Assembly: GCA_951406725.2 (NCBI GenBank)
Contig: OX597825.1
Coordinates: 86,180,001-86,244,000, forward strand
Direction of reading: 5' to 3'
Length of the DNA: 64,000 nucleotides
DNA from: Octopus vulgaris
Taxonomy: Eukaryota
Positions 37,768 through 51,590 of the stretch are shown here, piece after piece. Numbering within the stretch: position 1 is the stretch's first letter; every line of letters begins with the position of its first letter. Position numbers and translations under genes: made by a program. The notes beneath the pieces are model-generated. The model was not told where the DNA came from. It searched no databases and saw only the letters and a program-made list of their open reading frames with translations.

Positions 37768-40384
37768 TTGATGTCTAAAGTTGAGTGACAATGTTTGATA
37801 TTTTGCTTTAGGAAAAAACTTATGGTATACATTTTAATGTGTTGGAATGTTTTCTGTGTTTAATTGTGACAGTCAGTGTTGTAAAGATATTTCTGGTGTG
37901 GTTCTTGTTGTGAAAAGTTGTTTGTGTAGTTTAGGCTCAGTGTTTCCATGTTTGAGTCGTTCCAATGTCAAATCACAATCTTTATTAATAAAGCCAAGAA
38001 TATTGTTCAAAACCTGACCGACAGATTTTGCATTTCGCTTCCAACTAGTTTCCAACCTTTACAAATTACTGCTGTATTTAGTATTTATTTGCTTTGAGAT
38101 ATAAATCGTATTTATTGTGAGTCATTATTTCTTGTGCATTGGTACCAAACTGGTGCCCTGTTTACATAAGACATTATTCTTGGTCGTCAGTGGATTAATG
38201 AGTCTTCCTGAGTGAGGGTTTGTCTGATCACTCAGATCATGTGACTTGAATATGAATTAATAGAATCTTGGTTTTAAACCAATTTTAATACTCGAGACCT
38301 TTCAGCAATTCCATTTGATTTGATGGGAGGAGGGCTTATAGGTTTACATCTGATGTTATCAATCCATGTATACATGTCGTTTTCGCAAACATTGTAAAAC
38401 AATAATGTTTCTTGAGTACGGTTCTTGATCATTTAATCCTTATTACTTTGGCCTCTTCCCTTCTTCAGCCGCATTTATTAAAAACAGTCATTTCCTCCCC
38501 TACATTTCTCTCACTCTTTATAGCTCTGTTATTTCATCACATTACCTCTCTAATTATCCTCCTTTTCTCTGGTGAAGAGATTTCTTTCCTCTTTCCACTT
38601 CTCTTACATTATTTCTAACCCTCACTCTTTCTATCCCTCCTTACATATAACTGTCTTTATTCATGACTGTCTAACAAGCTGCTGGCTTCTACTTCCCGCA
38701 ATCTTTCACCTCTCTATCTATCTACGACTCTTTATGATACTTTCTTTCTCTCTCTCTTTCATCACCTCTCTCAACACAGCCACTACTTTCTCCTTCCAGT
38801 GTGAGAGAGAAATCAACAGTCAACAAAACTTGATATGTGACTTGGTGTTTTATAAGTGTGTGTGTGTGCCTGCGCCCCAATCATTGTTATTATATGTAAA
38901 GTGTATGTTGTGATTGACATCTTCTGTATTGTTAGAACCTCTAACCTAATTCCTCCCTGTTCCAGAAAACTGTGCTTTTTGAGGAGGAAAGTTTGGCAGG
39001 AACTAACAGATGTCATTGCCAAAAATAGAACAGAGTCAAATTGAAAAATCCAGTCTTTGGCAAAAGTTATTATTGTTGTTGTTATTCGTCTTTTAGGAGT
39101 CAATAAAAGAAATACTAGTTGTGTTCTGCTGTTGATGCAATCGACTATCCGCCTCTCTCGAAACTTCAGCCCTTGCGCCAATAGCAGAAAGAAATTATTA
39201 TTGTTGTTGTTTCAAATTTTGGCACAAGGCCAGTAACTTTGAGGGGTGGGGCAAGTTGATTGTATCATCCCAGTACTTGATTGGTCATTTATTTTATCAA
39301 CCCTGAAAAGATGAGAGACAAAGTTGACCGTGGCAGGATTTGTCATAGGAAATACTGCTAAGTACTTTGTCCAATGTTCCTACCAATTCACCGTTTTAAT
39401 AATGATGATGATGATGATGATGATTTGTGAGACGTGTGTAGTCAGTACCTGTCTGGTACTCATTTATCATTCTTGGGACCAAGGAACATATCAAAGAGGA
39501 AAGGGTAGGGGTATAGAATTGGTTTAATGAATTGGTATATTAACAGTTTCTAATTTAGGCACAAAGCCAGCAGCTTTGAGAGGAGGGGCTTAACTTGATG
39601 CCTTCAACCTCAGCACAGGAAAGGGAAATTCTTCCAATGCTCTAACCAATTCCATCACCAATGCAATACCTTTATATATATAATCCTTTCTACTAAAGCA
39701 CAAGTCCTGAGATTTTGGGGAGGGGTTAATTCCAGTTGCATTGACCCCAGTGGTCAACTGGCACTTGTTTCATCGACCTTGAAAGGATGAAAAGTAAAGT
39801 TGACCTTGGCAAGATTTGGAATTCAGAATGTAAAGATGGACGAAATGCCTCTAAGCATTTTGTCCACTGTGCTAAAAATTCTGCCAGCTCACTGCCTTAA
39901 CAATAACAACAACAATAATAATGTTGCTTATTTTATCCCTGCCGGAAGGATGAAAGCTTAAGCAATCCTAAGCCAGGAGTTGAAAGTAGGACTTTAAGGG
40001 ATGTAACTAAACACCACAAGGCATTTTGTCAGTCAATTTACTAATTTTGTCATCCACAGCTCTGTAATAATAATAATGATAATGATAATAATTATGTATA
40101 CACGCACACACACATGCACACACACACACACGCACACACACACACTTATGTATAAAGTGTACTTCAATTAGCATATCATCTTCTCTGCTTTCACATGTGC
40201 TCTGATCTACTGAGATCAGCAACCTTTAGCAGTTGTTTATTTTCCAGTGTGACCTTTTCAAGATACAAGTGTGACCATTGTACAATTATCTGTCTTTGGG
40301 AGGGGGCGGGGGGGGGTTCCAGTTATTGCCAATTGTCAATTGTCAAAATTGGGGGGTTTTTTTTTTTCATTTCATAGACATGTG

Positions 40385-40422
<38 letters not shown>

Positions 40423-40957
40423 CTTTTATTTCCTCCTCTCACTCTCACCCAAGTTGCAGACTCAGTGTGATCTTTTGACAAACTGGGTTATGACCTTGAT
40501 TCAGCCTGTTGCAAACACTATATTTTACTTATATATATATATATATATATATAAGAGACACACACCACAGACGTGTGTATATGTGTGTGTGTGTAATATA
40601 TAATATACACATGTCTTCATGTATGATGCATGCATGGGTGTGTGTGTGTGTGTATATAACATACGAAAATATACTCCTGTACTTTTATTGTGATTGTGTT
40701 TGTCTTGGCTATCTTGCTAGTTTCTTATAAATGTTTGTTTACAGCCACCCACTTCTCTCTCTCTCCCTCTATCTCCCCCTCCTCTCTCTCTCTCTCTCTC
40801 TCTTTGCTTCACCCTCTCCTCCCACTTGCTCACTTTATGTATCTGTGTATGTGTGGATGTGTGTTGTTACATTCTCTCCAAGCCATGTGAGTAACTATTG
40901 TGTGTAGCTGCTATAAATTGGCATAATTTAGAACAATGAGTTGCTTAAGTACAGCCA

Positions 40958-41067
40958 ACAGCAGCAGCAGCAGCAGCAGCAGCTGAAGTAGCAGCAGTAA
41001 ATTCTTCTTCTTCTTCTTCTTCTTCTTCTTCTTCTTCTTCTTCTTCTTCTTCTTCTTCTTCTTCTTC
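40958..41067. repeat. Compound (CAG)n / (TTC)n microsatellite
   Basis: CAG run followed by a long pure TTC run. Confidence 0.95.
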
Positions 41068-42319
41068 ACCATCTTATTATTATTATTTGTGGTGGAATTA
41101 AAAACTGTTCTTTTACTCTCCTTTCTTCTTCTTTTTTTCTCTCTGACAAAGAATTTTACATCCTTTGAGATTTATGTATGTTAATTACTTCAGCTTTCTT
41201 AATCTCTCGCTTTTACTGCTCAATGTTCTTCTTCTTCGCCGATGGCATGAGAGCAAAAGGTCCTCTGTATTAAAGGCTCAATGAAATTAAGTACCAGTCG
41301 CATACTAGGGAGGTCAATATAATTGAATATTCCGTCCACCCTTTCCCCAGTTGCTAGTTTCTACCTATGTTAGAAAATTATTTGAGCTGGCAAAATCATT
41401 CGAGGGTAAAACAAAATTCCTTGCCATATGTCATTACTGTTCTCAGTGTTCACGGTTCAAATCCAGCCCAGGTCAGTTTGCCTTTCCTCACTCTGAGGTT
41501 GACAAATAAAGTACCAGTGAAGTACAGGGTTGGGGTGGGAGCAATGGTATCATGTAACTCATTTCTCTTAAGATTGCTAGCTTTTTGCCTAAATGAGCAA
41601 GAATTACTGTTGTAGAGTGGTGGGCCTGAAGTTATCTCATTCTTGTTTTGGTCTTTGTCAGCAACAACAACGATTGAAATTCTGCTGGGGTCAACTTCAC
41701 CTTTCATCCTTTCGGGGTCGCTAAACTAAGTACCAATGAAACACTGGGGTCGATGTAATCGACTTGTGCCTATAGTAGAAAGGATTATTATTATTATTCC
41801 CTTTAGGTGATAATAACTCTTTCTACTCTGGGCACCAGGGCTGAAATTTGGTGGGGAGGGGGCTAGTTGATTACATCGACCCCAGTGTTTGACTGGTACT
41901 TTTATTTTATTGACCCTGAAAAGTTGACTCAGTGGCATTTGAAATGAGAAAGTAAACAGCCAGAAGGAATACGTTCAAAGTTTTGACACAAGACCAGCAA
42001 GTTCAGAGGAGCGGGTTGTGCGTGTGGGGGGGGTTACATTGACCACCACCACCATCCTCAACTGGTACTCATTTTATTGACCCCCAAAAGGATGAAAAAC
42101 AAAGTCAATCTTAGCAGAATTTGAACTCAGAATGTAGAGACAGACAAAATGCCACTTAACATTTTGCCCATCATGCTAACGATTCTGCCAGCTGGCTGCC
42201 TTAATTAATGATGATGATGATTAAAAAACGGAACTGAAGATTATTTGAGACTGATCCTTGGCTTACCATCCATGCCAGAACTGTAAAGGATTGTCTTCGC
42301 TGTGAATTTCTTCTTTCTT

Positions 42320-42367
<48 letters not shown>

Positions 42368-42996
42368 TAACTTGGCTTTGTGAATGGACAATCTGATGTG
42401 TTTATCTTAATGGCCTACCACTGTATACAGGGAGTTTCTTTGCCCTGGATGTCGAAAAGACACTTGGCAAGAAATGGAAACAAAATTAAAGAAGAAAAAT
42501 AATAATAATTATTATAAATTTTGGCACATGAATACATCAACCCCCAGCACTCACCTGGTACTTATTTTATTGACCCCAAAAGGATGAAAGGCAAAGTTGA
42601 CCTCAGTGGAATTTGAACTCGGAATGTGAAGATGGACAAAATACTGCTAAGCATTTTGCGCAGCATCATAACAATTCTGCCAGCTCGCCACCTAGGCACA
42701 AGGCCTGAATCTTTGTGGGGAAGGGGACAAACAGTCACATCGACCCCAGTGTTTCACTGGTACTTAATTTATCGACCCCAAAAGGATGAAAGGCGGAATT
42801 TGAACTCAGAACGTAGCGACAGGTGAAATACTGCTAAGCATTTCGTCCAGCATGCTAACAATTCTGCCGGCTTGCCACCGTAACAACAACAATAATAATA
42901 ATAATGATGATGATTGTTTCAAATTTTGGCATAAAGCCAGCAAGTTCTGGGGAGGAGGCATTATCATCATCATCATCATCATCATTATTATTATTA

Positions 42997-43557
42997 TTGA
43001 GTGAGAGAGCAATGCATGCCATCATAGCGACACTGACGTACAAATATACAAAGCCCAGTATACCCATCATGACTACCTGTCTGATAAGGATACACCAGTA
43101 TATGCATCACAGCCATATGTGTGCTACATGGTGATCTCATATCAAGATAAACAGCGCATGACCTTGCAAATGGGGTCCAGTTAGAATTTTCTTCAGATTG
43201 AGTAGCCCATCCTGCTCAAAGGGTCCCTGAATAAGGGTTGTTTAAGGATGTTGAACAAAACACCCAGGTTTCCATAGGTGAATTATCCAAACCCCAAAGA
43301 ATTCCTCTCGACACGGCTATGATGCTCCCCCACTACGTCTGCTTGTGATTAGTGATGCACATATCATAAGCCACTAAGGGACATGCTCAACTGGTTAAGG
43401 TCAAGCAAATGACAAGCAAAACTGTGATATTGAACAGAATATTTGCTGTATTTGCTCATTTTGGTATAAACCAAGACAAAACAATGGACATGATAACACC
43501 TCTAATCAGTTAAGATGAGAAGCCATGAGAGCCACTGTCTAGTACTGCATCAGGGTA
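42997..43557. mobile_element. Probable interspersed repeat of unknown class bounded by (ATT)n tracts
   Basis: Complex-sequence block with microsatellite on both sides inside the SINE cluster; no second copy in the window and no ORF. Confidence 0.35.
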
Positions 43558-43919
43558 TTATTATTACCATCATTATCATCATTATCAACTTTGCCATTCT
43601 CTCTTTAAGGTTGATGGAATAAAGTCCTGGAGTGGATGTAATCATTCACCTCCCTCTCTTCAAAATTGCTGGCCTTGTGCCAAAAATTGAATACAAGGCA
43701 GAAAGGTGCCAGAATCATTTGCATGCTGGACTAAACACTTTGTGGCATTTCATCCATCTTTACATTCTAAGTTCAATGTCCACTGAGGTTGACTTTGCCT
43801 GTCGTCATTTCTTGGTTGATAAAACAAGTACCAGCTGAGCGCTGGGGGTTGATGTAACTGATAACCCCCACCCCCATTTCAGTCCCTGTGCCTTATAGTA
43901 GAAAGGGTTATTATCATCA

Positions 43920-43956
<37 letters not shown>

Positions 43957-45350
43957 TGAGTGCAGTGAGGTAGCAGAATCGTTAGAACATGAAGCAAAAT
44001 GCTTGCATTTTCAGTTCAAATCCCACCAAAGTCAACTTTGCCCTTTCATCCTTCCATAGTCAGTAAAATAAGATTCCAATCGAGCATTGGGATCGACGTA
44101 ATCAGTTTGGCCCCTTCCCTCAAAATTTGCTGGATTTGTGCCAGAATTAGAAAGCAGGGGGTGGGGTGATCTGGCAGAGTCATTAGCACACCAGACAGCG
44201 GCATTTCGTCTCTATGTTCTGAGTTCAAATGCTGCTGAGGTTGACTTTGCCTTTCATCCTTTCAGGGTGGATAAAATAAGTACCAAAACCAGGGTCAATC
44301 AACTTGAAAAACTGCTGGCCTTGTCCCCAAATTTCAAAAACCATTATTGATGGTGACAGCAGCAGGGGTTCGGTTGGTTGGTGCCGCCGATGTAAGAATT
44401 GCCAGAGCACTGAACTAAATGCCTTGCAGTATTGAGTTCCATATATTACACCTTAGATTCCGAGTTCAGATCCTGTCTAGTGTGATAAAATAAGTACTAG
44501 TAATATTTTGGGGGTCAGTTTTTAATTATTTGTCCTTTTCACTTCCCAATGAAAGAAATACTGGGTTCGATTTAATTAGCTGTTCATTTTCATACCTCTT
44601 CTTCTTTTTTTCTTTTTTCCTTTTTTTTTTTTGAATTTGTTTTCCCTTCTGGAATCAATAAAATAAATTATAATTAAGTCCTCCAAGTTGATTAAATTGT
44701 CTGTTCCCTCTTGTACAAAACGTGTGGCTTTGTGCCTACATTAGAAATTATTAATTATTGTGTGTAATTAGTTTTTAGGCAGGTGGACCAGAAATGTTTA
44801 GAGCAAGTGCAATTCCTCAGTGAGTTCTCTTAATAAGACATCAATTAATCACAAAGTAATTAGTGACCATTTAATCAGTAGTTAAAAACAATTAAAATAA
44901 GTGAGACATTTTTACTTCTCATCATTGCTGTTGTTGTTGTTAAGGTGGCCAGCTGGCAAAATAGTTATCAGGCTGGACTAAATGCTTTGTGGCACTTTGT
45001 CCGTCTTTATGTCCTGAGTTTAATTTCCACCACCGTCATCTTTGCCTTTCATCCTTTTTGGTGAGGGGGGCGGAAACGATGTCAAAACAGATGATTGGAA
45101 CTAGTGCTCCAGCTTGGCAGCTCTTGTCAAACTGTCCAACCCATACCAGCATAGAAAATGCACATTAAATGATGATGAGGAGGATGGTATTATATACAGT
45201 CATGCCTCGCCATATCGCAGTTTATTATTTAAGCTTATGTCGATTCCTCCGAGGGGTTGTTTAGCTTTTATAATAAAATAAATATATACAAATTATAAAA
45301 ATAATTCAAAATATATATATATATACAGAGTATATATATATATATATATG

Positions 45351-45705
45351 CGCAGGAGTGGCTTTGTGGTAAGTAGCTTGCTTACCAACCACAAGGTTCC
45401 GGGTTCAGTCCCATTGCATGGCACCTTGGGCAAATGTCTTCTACTATAGCCTTGTGAGTGGATTTGGTAGGCGGAAACTGACAGAAAACCATTGTATATA
45501 TATATATGTGTGTTTGTGTGCATATGTTTGTGTGTATGTGTTTGTCCCCATAACTTAGCAGTTTGGCAAAAGAGACTGATACAATAAGTACTGGGCTTAC
45601 AAAGAATAAGTCCTGGGGTCAATTTGCTTGACTAAAGGCAGTGCTCCTACATGGCCACAGTCAAATGACTGAAACAAATAGAAGAATAAAAGAAAAGAAA
45701 AAGAG
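45351..45705 (+). mobile_element. tRNA-headed SINE family C with internal (TA)/(TG) tract
   Basis: GCGCAGGAGTGGCTTTGTGGTAAG (A box)...GGGTTCAGTCCC (B box)...GGCACCTTGGGCAA...GTGAGTGGATTTGGTAG; inverted relatives at 18490-18647, 53145-53480 and 54210-54470. Confidence 0.85.
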
Positions 45706-46504
45706 TACAGTGCTGATTCTACTTTGTGGATTTTTGGAACATGACACCCACGATAGTTGAGGGATTATCATGTATATATATACATATACACACATAAATA
45801 CATATGCATGTTATACACCCACCAATTTCTCAAGATATTCATTTTATGGTTGCTTTTCATTCTGGCATAGGTTGAATGAATCATTTCAGTCCAAGTCCGT
45901 TCTTATGAGGAGTTGCTGGCCTCCAACACTGGCTGGAGGACCACATCTTTCTGGTGCGTTTCATTTTGGCTCGATTTCTAAGGATGCATGGCTTCTGTAT
46001 CACCAACCTCTTATCAAAGTGCATTTGGGTACATTTTGTCATTGCACCAGCTCTAGTGGGTTTGCCTTATACACTGTATGAATAAAGAATCCTCACTGCT
46101 CTAAGACACAAGCATCTCCCAAGGCAACATGACTAAGAAGGTATAGAGCAGGGAGATTTAATGACAGGGAAAAGATGGTAGAAAGAGTGAGAAGGGAAGA
46201 GAAAGAGTGATGGGTAATAAGTGGATGATGGTAAGAGTAGGTAATGACTGGCAGTAGAGTGCGGGGGATGGTAGAGTGTATCAGCTACAGACAGGTCTCA
46301 TGCAATCCCTTATACATAATCCATATAAACCGTTGTGATGTGGGTGAGGATGGAGGGATGGAATATGAGCAAAGTTTATGCCATCTGGCATTACACAAGT
46401 AATAACATCAAGCACAGACCATTCAACAAGTTTCTACAGTTTCACTCACAGAGCTTGGATTCACCCAAATCTGTGACATAAGACATTTTACATGCTGGTT
46501 CTAT

Positions 46505-46702
46505 GTAGAAAGTGCTCATGCTGGTGTCACATCAGAAGCACCCAGTCCACACTCAGTAAAGTGTTTGGCATCAGGAAGGGCATCCAGCCATAGGAACCAT
46601 GCCAAAGCAGACAACTGCAGCCTGGTGGAGCTCTCTGGCCTAAACCATCTGACCTGTACCAGCATGGAAAATGGACTATACTGATGATGATGATGATGAT
46701 GA
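46505..46702 (+). mobile_element. SINE-like family A copy
   Basis: GGCATCAGGAAGGGCATCCAGCC core and (GAT)n tail. Confidence 0.8.
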
Positions 46703-47759
46703 CTCTACACAGAATTATTGAACTTAGGACCTCGTGATGATTGCTAAGCAAGCTTCTTAACCACCCAATCATGACAGCATGTACACCCACACCCGTGGTG
46801 GTTTGTTGTATTTGTCATAATGGTGTGCTACTTCCCATAATGCTGGGTTTTAAAGAATGCTATCAAGTAAAATATAATTTCTAGAGATTGAAAGAAAATC
46901 ATGATTTTCGCGATGAATATTATGAGTTACTCACTTTGTGTCAAAAGAAATAAACATGAGCAGTGTCTTACCCCATGCAGTTATGTTCCTCAATGAATAT
47001 TTATTTACAGTCAAAGAGAAAGGCAAGTCTTATGAAGACTTAGTAATCTGAGGCCATTTGTTGTTTGTTTTGTTTCCTGCTATGAATATGCCAGTTTCTC
47101 ATGTCAAAATGTCAGCCAATGCTGTGATCAATTCCTATAAATTGATAGACATACTAAACGAGGCCAAGTTATCATTCTTTTAATTATTTATACAACCACT
47201 AAATGCTCCATGCACACTTCTTTTGCATATTAATCATTGAGCCAGCAATAATGACAGTCTCACGGAGAGACAAACAGTGTAGACAAACTGTTGTCATCAC
47301 AACATTTAAAGGAAGAAAGAGAAGGAGGACTGTAATAGCATTAAGGAGAGAGAGAGAGAGAGTGAAGAGAAAGGAGAAAGGGACATGCTGCAATTACACA
47401 TTAATAACATTTAAGCGAAAGAAATACAAGTAAAAGAGATTTCTTGTATAAATTGCCAACAAGATTTCAGACAAGATGTTATTCCACTTTTGAAAGAGTG
47501 CCTGCTTAGGTATTTTCATAACCTGAACACACCCTACACACAGACTCTTAAGCTGAGCAACATTAAAACTCTCAATTCCTGGTCCCTAATTCCTTTCTTT
47601 CCCTTAATTGTTGCAATTATTGTTTTGCTTTGTGTCGTGAATATGGAGTTTTTCATGCTGAAAGTATCGATGAATATTATGAGCAGTTTATATAAATTGA
47701 TAGATGTGCTAAAGGAGACATCGTGACTACATTACCAATATGTTGCACCCAGTCGACAT

Positions 47760-47908
47760 TACAAAGGGGTTGGCGTTCGGCAGGGCATCCAGCTGTAAAA
47801 ATCCTGTCAAAACAGTCACAGAAATCTGGTGCAGGCTGCTGCCTGGCCGGCTCTCGTCAAACCGTCCCACCCATGCCAGCATGGAAGGCAGACGTTAAAT
47901 GAGGATAA
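47760..47908 (+). mobile_element. SINE-like family A copy (variant)
   Basis: GGTTGGCGTTCGGCAGGGCATCCAGC...CCCATGCCAGCATGGAAGGCAGACGTTAAATGA. Confidence 0.8.
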
Positions 47909-48529
47909 TGAGTTCCTACTTCTGGATTAGACCTGATTTAAATTATGCATTTTATGCCACTAAAACTTCGACAACCTTCCCATTTTTCTCTAATGCTACG
48001 TTGACCTTTCAGCTGCCTTCTGTCTTCGGGTTTTACATACTTATACGCAGATACATATACACTAATAAGATATTCTCAAAACAATGTATACACACATAAG
48101 GAAAAGGCATAAAATCATGCAGATGCATAAATGCCCTTATCTATTATCTCCCTTGATTGGAACCGCTCTCCTGCTGTGAAATGTCATTCAGTGCTGTTTC
48201 TTCCTCACTCATATATTATCTGTGTTTCAGGTTTGTGCCGTCTTTAGTCTCATAAGTTCTTTTGAATGTATTACTTAATACTCTGATGTAATTCCCTGCA
48301 TACAGATTGAAATTATGTGGATGTGTGTATATATATGTATTTGTGGTGTCTGCTAAGAGCAGTGCTACTCAAAGTGGTGGTCCGTGGACCGGTGCCGGTC
48401 TGCAAACCATCAGCTGCCAGAAAAGAAAAAAACATTATGAAATGCTTGTGTAATATTGTATTATTTGTTTACAAAATAAATATAACATAAAAAAAAAATT
48501 GTCAACTTTTATTATATTCATTATATGAT

Positions 48530-48660
48530 GCCAGCCCTCCCGTCCTGGCTGGCTCCTGTGCCGGTGGCACGTAAAAGGCACCATCCGAACGTGGCCGATG
48601 CCAGTGCCACCTGACTGGCTCCTGTGCTGGTGGCATGTAAAAAGCACCCGCTACACTCTC
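48530..48660 (+). mobile_element. Family A 5' modules (two ~66-nt tandem units)
   Basis: CTGGCTCCTGTGC(C/T)GGTGGCA(C/T)GTAAAA(G/A)GCACC repeated at about 66-nt spacing. Confidence 0.8.
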
Positions 48661-48724
48661 TGTACAACCCCTGTACATAGCTAGTGTTTTAGTTTATCCA
48701 ACTCCCAACGCAATGCAAAAGCAT

Positions 48725-49218
48725 GGTTAACCACTGTGGGATTTGAACTCAGAACATAAAGAACCAGAACACATACCACAAGGCATTTTGTCTGCTGCTC
48801 TAACAAGTCTTCCAATCTACTGCCCTATATATGCACAAGGTCAGAAATTTTGAGAGGAAAGGGGCTTTATTTTATTTGTCCCAGAGGGACAAAAGGCAAA
48901 GTTGACCTCATCAAGATTTGAACTTGGAATATAAATAGCTGAAGCAAATTCCTGGAAGCATTTTGTCCTGGTGCTCTAAGGATTCTGCCAGTCCACTGCC
49001 CTCAAATTAGAATAATGGTTTCAAATTTTGGTACAAGGCCAGAAATTTCAGGGGAGGAGCTGGTTGATTACACCATCCCCAGTGATCAACTGGTACTTAT
49101 TTTATTGACCCTGGAAGGATGAAAGGCAAAGTCGAACTCAGCGGAGTTTGAACTCGGGACAAAATGTCATGAAGCATTTTGTCTGGTGTGCTAATGATTC
49201 TGCCAGCTCACTGCCTTG
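48725..49218 (-). mobile_element. Three tandem SINE family B copies
   Basis: Repeated TTTGAACT...GCATTTTGTC...TGCTCTAA/TGCTAA...TCTGCCAG units. Confidence 0.8.
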
Positions 49219-50879
49219 ATAATGATGATGATGATGGTGATGGTGATGGTGGTGGTGGTGGTGTGTGTGTTGTAGCTGATGGATGACCCGAAACTGAAAA
49301 TAAAAGTGAAAAAAGATCAATCATTGTCACTTTAGAGCTTAATAAGACATGAATTTTAGTGTGTGTTTGTGTGTTTAAGAGAGAGAGAGAGAGCCAAAAT
49401 ATTTTATGCTAAACTGATTCAATGTTTTTATTTGTTTGCTTTAGTTTTTGGTTTTATTGATACTTATTTTTATTTTTTTCTAAGGCTGGAATGTTAATAA
49501 TTCATTATAATTGCCACCATCAGCACCACTGCCATCACCGTATCCCCACCATCTTCATTTCTACCACCACCATCTCCGCCATTGTCATCATTTCTACCAT
49601 CATTCTGCTCTTCTCCATTATTACCTCTGCCACCACCACCACTTCTACAACTTCTACCACACTCCTCTATGTGGTTGTTTAACCTGCTAGAAATAGCATC
49701 CTAATCTAGCTCAACTTACTCCTTATCTTTAAAAAACGATACATTGGGTGGATAATGTGGTCCTGAATTCCTTGCACCTAGGGAAAAAGACAGAATGGCC
49801 ACAGCTGGATTGTCTCTTGACCTTGGCTCTGCTCAATCAATGCTCACCTGGGGCTAAACAACGACTGACCGTTTGGTTGCTAATGAATGTCATTTCTGAT
49901 TAATAGGATTCTAATTAAGTAGACTGCATGCTCTTGTGTGATGAAATATTCCCTCCCTTTTCTCCCCCCTCCTCTCTCCGTCTTGTTCTGTCAAATTTTA
50001 AAAGTCATTTTAAATAATCAGTAATTCTTTCTTGTTAATTTCAAACAGTCCCTCCCTCATCCGCCTTCCTTCCACCACCACCACCACCACCACCACATGC
50101 CATACAATATTCTTGCTGTTGCCACCATTGTTATTTCAATTTCTCTCGTGTCACACTAATTCAAGCTTAAACTTGATAATATCACAGTTTTTTTGTTGTT
50201 TTTTTTAGAGGGAGAAAAAATTTTTTAATGTGTTTTTGTTGGCTTTTAAAAATTTTTCTTTTAAATCAAATAACAAACAACCTTAATATTTTTATTGTTT
50301 ATTTCTTTGATATCTGATTAGAAAAATAATGATAATAATAATAATAATGGATTCAAATATTGGCAGGGGGGACAGTGATTTCGAGGGAGGGGGTAAGTTG
50401 ATTACATCGACCCCAGTGTTCAACTGGTACTTATTTGATCAACCTCAAAGGGATGAAAGGTAAAGTCAACCCTGGTGATACTTGAATTCAGAATGGAAAA
50501 TCAGAAGAAATGCAGCTAATGATTCGGCCAGCTTGCCACCTTAGAAATATTTAAACATCAGTGGTTAATTGGAGATGGTCAGTATTGTAGCGGCTTGTAC
50601 TGGTGCTCACTAGCTTTCACTGCTTGATTCTGTCTGCTCTGTTCTCCCACTCTTTCCTTGTTGGGAGTAGCAAAGTGTCCCACTGTTCATTAGAGTTCAG
50701 TCTCACTGCCTCACACTTTGCCCAAGGTGCCATGCACTGAGATGGAACCAGAAACTGTGTGGTTGGTGTACAAACTTCTTATTCACACACATGCACACAC
50801 AAGTTCAATCTAGAGGAAAGATAGCTTTACCCATGGCTTTTGCTGAGTTTACTATGACTGGTAAAGATCCCTGACATTA

Positions 50880-51590
50880 ACCATTTCATTTAAACTGTTG
50901 TAGAGAAAACATGAGCAGGGAAGGAATTTTTGAAGATCAACAGTCTGAGATGAAGGGAGTAGAAGCTTTGGTTAGTGCAGGGTTTGGGTGTGATTAGGAG
51001 AGAAGAGGCAAAGGAAAGGCCTAAATAGAAGTAGCACAATAACGAGCAGAACTCGAGGTGGGCCACAAGTTGGAATATGTTCAATAGCTTCATACCACTT
51101 GGCTGAGTGGACTTTCTCTGAATGTCTTTGAGCTTATAGAGGGTTACTAGTTGTAGAAATGGTGTGAAGCAGTTTCTTGCTTTGAAGAGAAAGACCAATC
51201 TTTGAGGTAGATTACTCGTTATATTAAGATTGTTCATTCACCAGGAGAGCATTTAAAACAACCACAAGGGTTTGAGTTGTGTGATGTTCATGTATTTAGG
51301 GTGGGGGGAAGTGAGCTGTTTATGTGCTGTGATTGTCAGGTTTTGGTGGAAGGGTTTTGTTAAAGAAGACAAAGTTGGCATGGTCTCAATGGAAGATGTT
51401 GTTTGAGGGATCAGTGCAAATTTGGTACAAGATGTCTAGGATGCATGTGAATAAGACTTGAATGCAGAAGATTAGAGAAAAATGAAGAATGGTATTATTT
51501 GCGTTGGTGGAGGTGACAGCCTGGAGGTTGTCAATGGATAAGGAGGAAGTGTATGAGAGATAGAACCGAACTCTGGCATCACACAAGAAT
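50880..51590 (-). mobile_element. CR1/Jockey-group LINE reverse transcriptase 3' fragment
   Basis: Minus-strand remnants SIDNLQAVTSTNANNTILHFS (decayed INDL..YADD region) and FLFKARNCFTPFLQLVTLYK...IQRK...FQLVAH...LLCYFYLG. Confidence 0.65.

Larger units (their letters stand above)
39150..45065. mobile_element. Dense cluster of tRNA-headed SINE family B copies in both orientations, separated by (ATT)n/(ATC)n
   Basis: The motif GACTTTGCCTTTCATCCTTTCGGGGTCGATAAAATAAGTACCAG or its reverse complement recurs near 39290, 39780, 41480, 41700, 41900, 42085, 42580, 42780, 43790, 44040, 44250 and 45045. Confidence 0.85.

Noticed and set aside
39150-45065. Repeat-spacer appearance suggesting a CRISPR-like array
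   Set aside because: Eukaryotic context, irregular spacing, mixed orientation and diverged units: it is a SINE cluster.
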